In this document: positions 35,876 to 47,754 of the stretch, in pieces
Layout of the letters: every line of letters begins with the position of its first letter
Numbering within the stretch: the first letter of the stretch is position 1
NCBI GenBank assembly: GCA_964187785.1
Contig: OZ076421.1
Coordinates: 27,280,001-27,344,000, forward strand
Reading direction: 5' to 3'
Source: Amphiscolops sp. MND2022
Taxonomy: Eukaryota
DNA: 64,000 nucleotides
The notes under the pieces: model-generated
What the model saw: only the letters and a program-made list of their open reading frames with translations
Databases searched by the model: none
Told to the model about the DNA's origin: nothing
Translations under genes and position numbers: made by a program

Positions 35876-38800
35876 TCAGTCACGTTCGAATTTGAGTTTC
35901 TGATCTCGCAATTGACTGGGGCCAACATTGCCGGCCCTGTTTTTCTCCTGGAAAACGTTTTCGTAGAACATGGGTGCCAGTTTCACCACTGGTCGTTTCA
36001 GTTTTCCATCTTCACTTTTCACCAGCGCTGATCTCACTCGCCCATCGCTTTCATGACAAACTTCTAACACTCTAGCCATCTTGTAGTGAGCTCTCTTTAC
36101 TATCCAAACCAAATCATTGACTCCCAGTTGTCGTACGTCTTCTTTATTCCATTTTCCAAAGAATTGAAGTTGCATCATAATATCTTCTCATGATACAGCC
36201 GGCCCTACGAAAGGCCCATTTTGCGAGATTGTTGTTGTTTGTGCTTTTGAAGAACCCAATCGCGTTCCCATTAGCGATATTTCATCTGCAAATTCATCTA
36301 TCACAATCTTTGCATACAGATGCCAGTTGTCAATTGAACATTTTCGACCATTCCATGTAGTAGGTTTGAGCTATGTTCAAAGTTCAATGCTCGTTCCTTG
36401 AATTGCTTGCGGTGGCCATTGCTCAGTTGGGTGTACGCATTAGGGTTAGCTTGTGCCACTGCATCCATTCCCGAGTTTCCATTACCTAACCAATTGTTAC
36501 TATTTTCCCGTCGTTAGGAATGATTTTGTCCAGCAGTTTTTCATTCAAGCCAACGTCATCTTTTCTCCAAAATGACATCTTTACGGCTTTTGCTCCATCA
36601 CTTGCTTTGTCTTTATACGGTTGGTTGCGTTCCACAAATCACTGGAGTGTCTTCGATACGTCGCTTTCCCTCTTGAATATTCGTGAAGTTCGTCATGATA
36701 CTCTTTTACGAATTCAACCACTTTGTTCATTTGAGAACACCTTTTTCCCTCCTCAAGTGTAAAGGTCTTGGCAGCGAACTTCACGGCTTGCAGTTGAGTT
36801 GGTTGCTTTTCTTCGACATGCTGTCGTACAGGGGCGACATCTACATTCTTTTTCAGCAAATCAAGCTTCACACGAATTTTTTCCGAGGTTTGAAAGTTTG
36901 ATGTAATTGCGACACGTTCATGTTCGTTCTTTTCTTCTGTAATTGAGAACTCCTTGTTCTTTTCTTGTTTGACCATATTATGATCACCTGCAACAAGTTG
37001 CATTTCTTGCCAGACTTGCTTGAATTCTACGAGGAGGGTTTTAGTGCTGACTTCCTGCCAGTTGCGTTCCACAACGAAAATGTCCGGTGAGCTCTTCTTA
37101 TTTGCGTCCAACCTCCCGGATACCCTACAGTTCAGGGCATACAATCCCATGCTCCATTGAGTTTTCATTTGCCCCGCTAATGGGTCCAGTTCTGCTGCGA
37201 ACAAGCTTTCAGTTGCGAGTTTCGCACATTCTTGTTGAGTCAAGGGTCCACTGAGCATCCATCCCAGCTTGGTTCACACTGCCCACGGCTTTGCCTTTCC
37301 ACATTGTCTATATTCTGTTCCTCTGTGCAAGTGATAACAATCTTGGCCTAAGATGACTTTGACATCTTTCAGGTTGATGGTTGAGTCTTTCAAAACTGAC
37401 AGGTGAGGATATGTTTCTTTCAATTTCTTGATGTTGTACGTTCGATTTCCTGCATTCACGTTGGGATGACTATAGGCCATTATATCTTCTTTGACCTTTC
37501 CGTCTTGATCTCCAATCTTGACTCGGAGTCGTTTACTACTAACATATGACGTTCCATGAATCCCTGCAACATTCAAATCCACTGGCTGTCCCGTCAGATT
37601 TAGCGTTTTCATCAGGCTCTCGTCCACAAAGGACAGGCTTGCTCCAGAGTCGCACAAAGCGAACGTTTTCAGAGTTTTGCTCCCACTCCCTATCGATACT
37701 GGAATGACTGGAAGCACTCCACTGCTTCTCATTGAGGACATGTTTGAGACCTCATCGACATTTTTAACATTTTGCATCTGTTCCTTGTTCTTGTAAGGTC
37801 GGTGTAGCAATCGGTGATGAGGTTTTCTGCAACCATTGACGTCGCAGAGTCTACCAGAGCAATTTCTCATCTGATGTGCGTCTGACAAGCAATTGAAGCA
37901 CAGCTTCAGTTCTTTCGCCTTTTGTCCTCTTTCTTCGACGTTCATCTTCTTGAATTTCTCACATTTCCATATTGGATGTTTGCCGTCTTTCAACACACAC
38001 TCTCGCTGATTCTTCGAATTGTCATTTTCTGTGTTTGTTGCTGATGTTGCAAACGTGGAGCCTTCGCCTGTTTCCTTGTAGTTCGACTTTGCTCGATCAG
38101 CGACCGGGTTTGAAGACATAAGCAGTTCATCTTGTACTTCTGCTATATCGTTGAGCCATTCACTGAACACAGCGAGTCCAGGTTCATACAGGTTCATTTG
38201 CTTGACATAAGTGAGCCATTTCGTTTTCATGTCCAGTGTTAACTTCCTTGTGGCACTGCCCAGAACTCCTTCTGAGTTTAGGTCTCCCACGTAGTTGAAT
38301 TGTGTCAAAACATTCACACAACTCGACACTATTCTTGCAAACTTGATCAATTCAGCCGCATCATAAGGTTTCATCGGTGGAAAGGAGTAAATTCTTTTCA
38401 GTTGAGCATTCACAACCATTTGAGGTTTTCCAAAGTTTCAAACTAGAACGTTCCACGCCACATTGTACATCTCAGCTGTGTATCCCAAGCCAGCAATCGC
38501 CTCTTTAGCTTTGCCCGTGACCATTGTTTTCAGGTGATTCATTCTTACACTGTCGTCTATGTTCGCTGCATGGACGGTTGCTTGGAATAGTTGTGACCAC
38601 TGTGGCCACTCCAATGGGTCACCTGAGAATTCTGCCAACTTCAGTTTTGGCAAGCTAGACCTGATGTAGTAGTCATCTTTTTGCATTTGAGGCAAAGTTT
38701 GGTCCTTGACTGGGCAAATACTGTTTTCGTGTGTTCGCAAGCTGTGGTACTTGAAATGCACCACTCTGGATGCCTCCAAACGTAGGCAGTAACCGATTCG

Positions 38801-39400
38801 GGTCTGCACTGAGAGTCATCGACGGCTTCGATGAGGCGAATTTCACTTCTGGTTGTGCTGTTGCTCTTTGACTGACAGCATCTATGACAGTCTTTGTTCT
38901 GTCCTTTCCTATACCTCGACTAGCGGCTTCGGTGGATATAGTCGGTTTCACTGAAGGTTTCAAGTCCCTCTCTAGCGCGGAGCATTGTCCTTCATGCATC
39001 GATTGTACTGTAATTACTGGTATTGAGACGGACGTTTGCTGGTATATCGATGGCACGTTAATCGTCGATGCCACGTTTTCAGCTTCTTCTGTCTTGTCCA
39101 TCCAATCTGAGACTTTCGGCAGATTGTCGTCTGGAGTCTCGACTAGTGAGATACCGCTGAGACTAGACCCACAACTGCTCGACGCTTGCGCTATTTGTAT
39201 TTCCTTTTCGGCAATTTTGGCTTTGCGGACCAGCTCTTCTTGCAGGTCAGCTATTTCCATTTGTTTCGCCTCTCGTTCTACTTTCTCCAGGCGCTTTTGC
39301 AGTTCTTCGTGCTCTTTCAGAGCTTTCAGCTCCAAATGCAAAACTCGTCTTGCACTTGATGTTTTTAAAATCACAGACGTTTTGTTACTTTTGGTTTATG
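35876..39400 (-). mobile_element. BEL/Pao retrotransposon, internally deleted (most of RT-RH-IN missing) and 5'-truncated
   Basis: DUF1759-type gag LPKLKLAEFSGDPLEWPQW; triple Cys knuckle CFNCLSDAHQMRNC...CRKPHHRLLH; protease LCDSGASLSF; DUF5641-type C-terminus DLVWIV...DGRVRSALVK...RPVVKL. Confidence 0.92.
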
Positions 39401-39416
39401 TCACCTCACAACACCC

Positions 39417-42400
39417 TTGGACTCTGGAAATTGTAAGAGAGCAAGTATTGCTTTAGGACGTTATAGCGATACAAGTGGAGCTATTCGTAGCGATGACGAT
39501 TTTTCGAGCATCGGATATTCCTACGAAGACCCCGAACAAGACAGAATTGACGCTCCTCCACGCGCTACAGATGACACTAGTTGTAGCCGTGCCGACCAAG
39601 AGTCCGACCTTATTGTATTCGTTGCTGGTAGTCCTGGTGGACAAACTTTAGCTGCGTTTAGCACGCTCTCTCCTAATAGGCGTGGACGTTTCACTCAACC
39701 AGCACCAGCCCAAGGAGCAATGCGGAATGTGACTCGATCGTGTGAGATCATGAAGGAGACGTATTTTAAAAATATGGAGTGAACGCGAACCTTCGTATCT
39801 GGACCCGTCCACCCTAGGTGGAAACCCTACAAGTTTCATTGCCAGATTTGTGAGGCCAACGTTTCAATTTACGGGATGGGAGCCAGAGTAATTCTGCGTC
39901 ACCACTCCACTGAAAAGCACCTTCGGAAGGACCAAAGGTGGAGATATGAGTATCTGTACAAAATCGATCCAATCACAAATACTAAGATCCATCAAGTCAG
40001 GGGGAGAGATGGCAATATTTTAACACTCTACCAGTTAGTGTTGGATCTACCAAATTTCTGCACGTGGGACTGGTTGAACATTCCTTTCTTCGATGAGTAC
40101 ATGTCCGGCAAGGACTACATGGCGTCCTCATCTGACAATAGAGCCCGAATTCAGCAGTCAGTCCTCGGTCGATTCCTACCATACTACGGTGACATTGAAG
40201 TATTAAAGACTTTCTGGAACGACATAGGAGTCATCGTTAACCACCAGGCTCTGTTTATGGACTTCAATTGGGAAGAGGAGCGTTTGACTGTTAGTATGTC
40301 TTCCTAATTGTTCCAAATGTCTTGCTTCATAGGATTTTGACAATAAAATTCAAAAGATCACGAGGCCACTTTGTGTTCAGGTGACTTTGCACCACATGTT
40401 CCAAGAAATCTTCAATGATGTCGCGGCACAGGTCAATGCAAATGGAGAAATTGCACTTAAGTTTGCAAGTGATAGTGTCTTCTTGCTTGCATTTGTACGA
40501 TTTTGGCGAGAAGCGAGGTTTGCAGAGTATTCTTAACGCGGACCGGGAGGCTCCAAGGACAGACTGATGCCAAAGTTTGTTTGATTTCTTACATTATGGG
40601 CGCCATTTCAACCAAGCCCAGGCTAATCAGTTGTACCGGTTGCAGTGTGCGAACTATTAAGTTGATCGACTTGAGACCTTACTGTTCCTTGAGTGTGCAG
40701 AGTCCTCCCCGATTTGAAGAACTGTCCTTGTCACAGCTGATGCATTCTAGTTGTTTCTTTAGGAAGCAGTCTGGAACTGGGCTGGGTCTTGCTTTCTCTT
40801 GTATTATCAAAGGTACGTTGGGTTCTTCGTTAATCTTTTCTTTCCTCTAAGTTACATGATTTCTAGGTTAATGAATGGCATTTGAATCTCTTGACTTGGT
40901 AATAAATATACGGTTAGACGGTAGGTCTCTACATGTACATTTTCACATTTCAGGCTATCCGAACTTGTCAGTTAGACATCAGTGGACTGCCATTGTTGTG
41001 TCGTGAGCTTCTTGACAATTGGCCCAAAGTACACTCATATCTTAGCAAAAATGCTCCATTCCAAGAGATGCAGGGAGTTCGCAAGCAGGTAACTTTCTGA
41101 TATCACATGTAGCTCTAGGTACCTCACGTCCTACTAAGTGTAAGTTACTGTTCAACTGTTCCAGCCACAGAATCTGGAGTGGTTCATAGTGTAGGACAGT
41201 CTCTCCACCAGTCGACTTGAACTATTTTATCGTCTCGTACATGGTTGTAAGTGGAGTTCTCGTTGCATCGGAAAGTAATATACTGATTGGATTTCACCTA
41301 AGTTTTCTTTTCAGACACTAACAGTTCCACCTTAAATCTGAAATCTCGAGGTTTTCATGTTTACCAGGAGTTATGCCAGTCCATGTTCAAGCTTGCCCGG
41401 AGGTGTAATTGTCCTAGTAGTCTTGCGGCTGATAATCACAACCAGGGAATACTGCAGGTCTCGTTTCCTGATGTCAAAGCCTTGGTTGTTGTCGACTTCA
41501 TTTCTCGATATGAACTGGCTGCTCGACTTGATGTCGGTTGCAAACAGAAGGCCGAAAAGGAACGTGATGGAGAGAGAAACAAGGAACTAAGCCTTTAGGA
41601 AATTGCTGCTATTAATCGTGAAGAGTTTGACAGATCCGCCCGTGGGTATGTCGACTATCTCTTGGGGGCAACCCAAAGACTCAACCGATTAACCTCTGAT
41701 TTTGCGCGATTCCTCGGTTCATTCGATTTGGAAATCCTCCTGGTGGACCCTATGGAACAAGCCTCCTATTGTGTCAAGAAACTTTTCTCTAGCTTCAGAC
41801 TTCGTGGGGTAGTGGTAGCAGAAGAAGAACCTGTGTACAATGGTGAATATCTCTCATTCGTGGATGAGTTGAGACGCATTCATCCGGATAAGCAACAGCC
41901 GAAGCTGTTGATTGCTAATGCAATCGATTTTGTTTCTAGAAAGGATGCTCTGAGGACTTGACGTCACCTGGCAAGGATCTTTCGTCTTTGCTGTCTTTGT
42001 TTAGACGAGCCCAGATTCAGTTTCCCAGCAGTCAGATTTGGTTCCGTTAAGACCAACGTTTCTATTTGTAATATGTTCGACGTAGTGGCCCCAATACAAC
42101 CATTTCTCGGTAGCGTTTCTCGTGGACTGGACTCACTAACTTCCGACTCCTCAGTTTCTCGCTTGCTGAATTTGGAGCAAACCTTTGGGAATACCGGCCT
42201 TGACAGCACCTATAGTCCTTGGGACAGCTTTGATCACTTTGGACGACAGCAGATAAGAGAAGACATCAGTTCCTGTCTCAGAAATTCAACCGGGGCAGGG
42301 ACCAGTCAGCAAGGTTCTAGCAAATCTCCACAGGTAGTTCGCATGTCCCCTGGCAAGACTGCTACGCAACGGAGTGTTCTGGAGTCGGAGGAAGCTTCAA

Positions 42401-42430
42401 CTTCAAAGGCCAGCAGTTCGAGTGGAAATT
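39417..42430 (+). pseudogene. Intron-containing hAT-like transposase-related gene with an N-terminal C2H2 (BED-like) finger; decayed
   Basis: CQICEANVSIYG...ILRHHSTEKHLRKDQRWRYE is in frame with ORF 39417 across one TGA. Helical middle region. GT-AG introns at 40290-40380, 40899-40953 and 41275-41314 rejoin coding-like frames. No TIRs found. Confidence 0.5.
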
Positions 42431-42479
42431 CTTTCAAACTTTACTTTTCTTATATATACATACAAAGAGAAGAAAGTAT

Positions 42480-43507
42480 TCATCCCCTAGGACTTTCAAT
42501 CTCTACTTCCATATCATCGTTTTCATCGTCTGATAATTCCCTATGTTTAATCGCCCCTATGTCGAATCGGTGTCTTGCGAATATATCATGAAATTCGACA
42601 AGTAGGTGCTCTATGCGAGCTATTTCAGCAGGTTGTAACATAGAATCTGTCCAGTCAAAATTAGTCAAAAACTGACGTCTTGACTCCGGGTCGTCTTGAG
42701 GATTGAGTTTTTCCACTAAAATTAGTATTTCTACTGTGACCGTATGGACCATAAGTCTTCTAATGTGAAAATATGAAATGATAACAAAAACTACAAAATT
42801 ACATGTGACACAATGTATCATTAGTCTTTTGTCGTCTAAATGGGTAGGACTCCGAGTGGGGGTTAGTGTTATCCCCTTCCAATCAGATTTGATAGTAGTT
42901 GCCGTCACAGGCGACAGCATGTGACAAGTGGATTGCAAAGAAAATGTAAAGGAAATGTAAATGAAACTATATACTCAGAGTAACTCGAATCTTGTAATCT
43001 GACAGTACTCTCTTTTAGGAAGAAAAATTACTCTGAGATCTCAGTCTAACTCTCAGTCTTACTCAGTTCAGAAAAATAAAGATAGCTATTTAGACGGTAT
43101 TATTGTTAAGACTTAATAAGAACTTCTTATGTGTTCAGTAAAAGAAATCAAGATAAACATCCAACAACTTGAAGTCTTTAACAACTCAGTTTTTTCAGTA
43201 AACAATTGATTGTACTTTTTAATTGCCCTTCATGTATTTTATTTGACTTTGCTCCTCTTTTCAGCAGAAAAACAAGGTGACTTTTGAAAAAACAACGAAC
43301 TTATGTTGATTCACAGAAAAGTGATTTTCATCAGTTTTAAGGTGCATTTCTGAATGCTCGTTTCATAGATCGAGGGCTAGCTTTAGCGCTGACAGTTGGT
43401 TAATAATGCAGACTCAGCAGATTGCAAAAATCAAGCATTCTCCGCCCAATCAGCAAAAGATGACACTGCCACTTCGCAACTGCAACATCACGAGTTTTGA
43501 ACTTACA
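42480..43507 (-). mobile_element. Internally deleted Gypsy: ~590-bp LTR (43507-42920, TGTAAG...TGTCACA) plus a short pol remnant
   Basis: FLTNFDWTDSML...LLVEFHDIFARHRFDIG (pre-RT motif) is fused directly to an acidic integrase-tail-like ELSDDENDD. No canonical TGG PBS (reads TGCTGTCGCC). Confidence 0.6.
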
Positions 43508-44186
43508 GTGGATTGCAAAGAAGAGATTACATTGGAGATGTATTCAGTGCCACGTGTTTCGAGCAGGACAGGAACGTCAATCCAATGGTCCGTGCAATGA
43601 ATGTAACGTCATCCAGATCGTTTCCGCGGCTTTTATGCAGATCGTTTCCGCTCATTTGAGCTCTTTTTCATATGCAGTTTCTGTGTAAATACCGTTTGTT
43701 GGTGTATTTGGTAAAAAATCACCAGGAAGTTACCATGCTCAAATACCGTAGGCTACTGTAATTTTGCTTCTCAGGCTGCTAAGCATTTGGTGTAAATTCC
43801 ACGGCACTGGAAGTAAAATTTGAACAAGTTTGTAACGGCAATCCAACGAAGTAGTGTCAAGAACCTTCATTTTTGGTTATTTTCGAGTCTCAGAGTATAA
43901 CCTTTAAATCTCATTGACACTCAATGTTTTTGACAGCTGGGAGGCCTAGAATTCCAGTTTTGATTTAGTACGTTGCTTAAGGCGTGTGAGGCCGAACACC
44001 GCGTGAGAAAATTCCCTGAGATGATAAAGCTTCGATCAAGAGGTATTCAACTAGCTAGAAGAGGCTGGCAAAATTCCTTTGTGACTCCATTTTTACTGAA
44101 GGGAGGTTTCTCATTGTTTCCTATAGACAGCGTCCCACGAATTGCGCAGAATTCCTTCCTAAATTACAGCAAGAAATACTACTTAC

Positions 44187-44462
44187 ACTTCGAGTATTCG
44201 GCATAAGCATCACTTGGCTTAGGAAAATCCGGTGTGGCAAATGTAACGTCTGTACGGCCCAGAACAATGAGGCAACTATCGAAACGTATTCTAGCGCGAG
44301 AGTACGTGACAGTGACTACCCAGTTTGGGGGTTTGTGACTCGCACCGGCCCCCCATCGAGACGAAGCCGACATATCCATGTAGGTTGCGGCGGGAGTCTC
44401 ACTCATTACACACCAAACTTGCACGTCGTGTCCTCGGATTTTGACTGTATAGTAGTTGTCAC
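44187..44462 (-). CDS. Exon 3 of secreted PAN/Apple + GON-domain protein (GON core)
   Basis: Acceptor ttccaaacag, donor gtaagt, 276 nt, phase 1-1: DNYYTVKIRGHDVQVWCVMSETPAATYM...YSRARIRFD...TDVTFAT...AYAEYSK. Confidence 0.8.
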
Positions 44463-44820
44463 CTGTTTGGAAAGAAACATGAAATTGTCATTTTGTAAAT
44501 TGAATATATTTCGAAGGTGATATAAAATTGTTTCCTTATTGCATGTGCAAGCAACGCTTTATGGACAGGGGATGTATGATCTTAGCCAATAAAAAAAAAC
44601 TCTTAGAAACAGGAAAAAAACGTTCTTCAACACAGTTGCAATGTGGACGGTTAATGTTATACCATTCTTTCTAAACAAAGAACAACTGCGAATTGAATTT
44701 TTTTCTTTTCAAAAAATCTAATAATCCCTCAAGCATAGAAGTTATTTAGTTTAGATATCGTTCCATGGACAAAGCCGAATAAATTTTTTTTTACACATTT
44801 ACAATGCCAGTAATACTCAC

Positions 44821-45004
44821 CAGTATTGCCTTGTTGCCGCAAAGTTTCGCAGTCATAAGTTTCCCCTTTTCTTTTACTGGAGAATATGTAGTGAGTTTCC
44901 CCATAAACTGCTTTTTTGGGGAAAATGCACTGAGTCCTTCCATGAGAGTCTTTTTTGTGCACAATGTCACCTTGTTTGAACGTTTTGCACCAGTTGGTAG
45001 TTCT
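44821..45004 (-). CDS. Exon 2 of PAN + GON gene
   Basis: Acceptor attttcag, donor gtgagt, 184 nt, phase 0-1: RTTNWCKTF...YDCETLRQQGNT(G). It completes the PAN motif SYD-RTTNWC and starts the GON domain. Confidence 0.8.
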
Positions 45005-45723
45005 CTGAAAATTTTTTTGATTGCCAAATGATAATAAGGTAATTGAAACACGTCGAGTTAATGGTACACTGTTTCCCATATCGATTTTGACTGACACTTC
45101 TGACCTTTCAAAAATTCGCACTCAAGCAAAGTCACCTACGACGATGAAGCGCATTCTCGAAAACATACACGGACATCACACGTAGAGGGAAAACACGAAC
45201 AACTGGGGGTCACGGCCGGTATTCCACGGCAAAACAGTGCACATTTCTGGAAGAGTTTGAGTATTGACCAAAATGTTGCTTTCTGCATAACACCGTGGAC
45301 ACACCACGTACAACAAATTTGTATCTGTATTTTAAAGTTACGTTATTGCGCAAGAAGGATTCACCAGGACCTCATACGATTAACACATTTTCCGACTTCA
45401 GGTTCTCACTGACTTGAAATCTTTCACTTTTTTCTGAAATCCAAGGACTAAAACTCGTTTATGGGGATGCTCAAACGTCGGTGTTGCTGAGATTTTCAAT
45501 TTGTACAACTTTGGATTTTCTGCTGAAAAGGCTTAATGCAAGGATTGCAATGACTGTTAATCGAAGCTGGAACTACCGAATTGTGAAGCAAAGCTGAACG
45601 GCTGATTACCCAAAATGCCTTTTTGTTGATATTTTCCTTTTTCGTGATTGTCCCCTAGAGTTTTCAGGTCGAAAGGCTGCCCTCGTATGTTTTTCGACAA
45701 CTTAAAAACGTAAAATTACTTAC

Positions 45724-45984
45724 ATCGTAGCTGAAGCTGAAGCAGTCATCAAGCAGGAAACAGGCCCCCCAGCAGTTGTCGACAGTGCTTGTTTTCCGTT
45801 CAGACAAGGGCATTGCACCCGGCATGGACTCTATACACGGACACGTGTGATAGAAATCGGGGGCTACGTCTTCAATATAGTTAATCTCCTGGGCACCAGC
45901 GAGCCGTGGCAACCAAAGCAAGAAAAAGTGACGAAATAAAAATGGTGCAGATACTAAAGTTCGTAAAGTTGTTTTCTGTATCAT
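45724..45984 (-). CDS. Exon 1 of PAN + GON gene (signal peptide + PAN/Apple N-half)
   Basis: ATG at 45984; hydrophobic FLFRHFFLLWLPRLAGA; CWGACFLLDDCFSFSYD; donor gtaagt at 45723, phase 0. Confidence 0.8.
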
Positions 45985-46642
45985 TATTTTGTGGGTATTA
46001 CTACTTTTTCGAGACAATGAAACCTATTTGTCAACTATTGGAAACAGGCCTTGAGGAACCTCTGATTTTGTCAAAATGTCTTTTTTGCTCAACCAGAATC
46101 GTTCTTTGCTTGATCATTCACAAAATGAACGCACTATAGTAGCAGTCGTAAATTTCCTGTTCAAAACGGTAAAAACAAAAAAACCATTGCTTTCGGAAGA
46201 AACCATTGTGCATTTTCTGATCATTTCAGATCACAATAAATGTTTTTATTTATAAAAGATTAAACAGATTATGCAGTAAAGCAGTAATGCCTGCCGTATA
46301 ACCATTTAAAAAATTCTATATTTCATGCTCTGAGAGGACCAATAATTGCAATATGATTTTTTTCATTTTCGATCTAATGACATAGCTACACCTTCTGGAA
46401 GGGAAGTTTTCCTCAAAACCGAATATTGATTTAAAACAGACCTTCCTTCCGATCAGCTGTTAAAATTTGCGAAAACATTTCTGCAACATTTTTATGGTTG
46501 ATTCGAGTATTCCCGAGGGAACAACGAGACGCCTACTTAACATCGGCTAATTTTCGCCATCATTTTAAAAACGAGTTTGACGAATTATGAATTCCTATCC
46601 TCAAAGTTTCAAAACTGTGAAGTATACGTTCCAGGGGGTTTG

Positions 46643-46664
46643 GATTGGTTGAGTCTAACCAATC
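46643..46664. promoter_or_regulatory. Inverted pair of CCAAT boxes (GATTGGTT-N6-AACCAATC)
   Basis: Seen in the sequence ~660 bp upstream of the PAN-GON ATG; function is inferred. Confidence 0.3.
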
Positions 46665-47355
46665 AAAGTGTTGGTACTAGAAAAATATTCGGAAGTCGGG
46701 CTGATTGTTTCATAATATGACTCAGGATTGTTTCGATTGATTGTTTTTTAGTTGGCGCTTTATGAGTTGAAACGCGCATTTTCAGTGATTTTTGTCGTGT
46801 TTTTTCACATCACATTTTGACTATGTTTTCGGAATTAATTGAATCTTGAGGTTGAAAGAACTGATGGGTTTGTGGCACTTTTCAATTTCTTTTGGAATTT
46901 TCTCCAAATGTTGTTTCTCCATTGTAGACAAAAATCTTTATTTAGTAAAGCCATACCCTATATGATTTAAAACTTACAAAGAAACTTCTTTTTTTTCACA
47001 ATTGTCTTTGAATGATTTTCATGTTGTGCATCAATGATTTTTGTATGGCTCAAACTAAACAAGAACTTCAGAACAGTGATTTATGTCATCTTTGTATGAT
47101 GTTGCAGCACCACAGTTGTGTGGCACCGTAGTCCGTAGTGCAATTGCAACTTTTGTTAACACTGAAGTGATCGGCGTTACAAAAGTTGAAGATCCTAGAA
47201 ACATTACTTTGATTGAAATGTACAAGCTCCTACCACACCCCTTTTTTCCCGGAACATTACATTTCAAACTACAGTTCATCTTTCTATGAAAAAAGACATG
47301 CAGTGCGTTGACTGCAGTGTCCTTGTACAGTCAAATTATGGTTCCAAAACAAAGA

Positions 47356-47754
47356 CTAATTGTTACGACATGTTAACGAGTCGTTTTGAGTTGAACTTAT
47401 TCTTACTGACTTTGTAGGGGTATGAAAATTCCTAGTATCCTCTTCTACTTCTTCCTCAGTATTCTCCCTGATGCTTCCCCTTGTTTCGGGTTTTAGTAGT
47501 TTCAACATCTCCCTCTGGGATTCGGCAAGAAGAGTCTTAATTTCTGATGTTATTTCTTCTTTCAAGGATGCTCTCAAACTCTCTAAGAAGCTATTTTCAA
47601 TTCGGGGAGATTTTGGTCTAGAAGGACCCGACACACCTACGTCTTGGTTTGAACAACAGGGATTTTCTACCACTATTGGTGAAACAAAGCCTTCACTTAC
47701 GTCTCTGTCGCTTTGTTGCTCATTCCTTCTTTTCTGGCTTCTAGTTGTAGACAT
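47356..47754 (-). CDS. LTR-borne ORF MSTTRSQKRR...TCRNN (stop 2 nt beyond the LTR end)
   Basis: Intact 132-aa ORF; ATG lies 394 nt inside the LTR end. Confidence 0.65.
   Translation of the reverse strand: MSTTRSQKRRNEQQSDRDVSEGFVSPIVVENPCCSNQDVGVSGPSRPKSPRIENSFLESLRASLKEEITSEIKTLLAESQREMLKLLKPETRGSIRENTEEEVEEDTRNFHTPTKSVRISSTQNDSLTCRNN

Noticed and set aside
43760-43950. Candidate exon 4 of the PAN-GON gene (CLPAVKNIECQ...RFKGYTLRL)
   Set aside because: Requires a frameshift and contains stops; not supportable without transcripts.
47055-47290. 74-aa - strand ORF with an acceptor-like site, possibly the last exon of an upstream gene
   Set aside because: No recognisable domain and no upstream exon could be linked.
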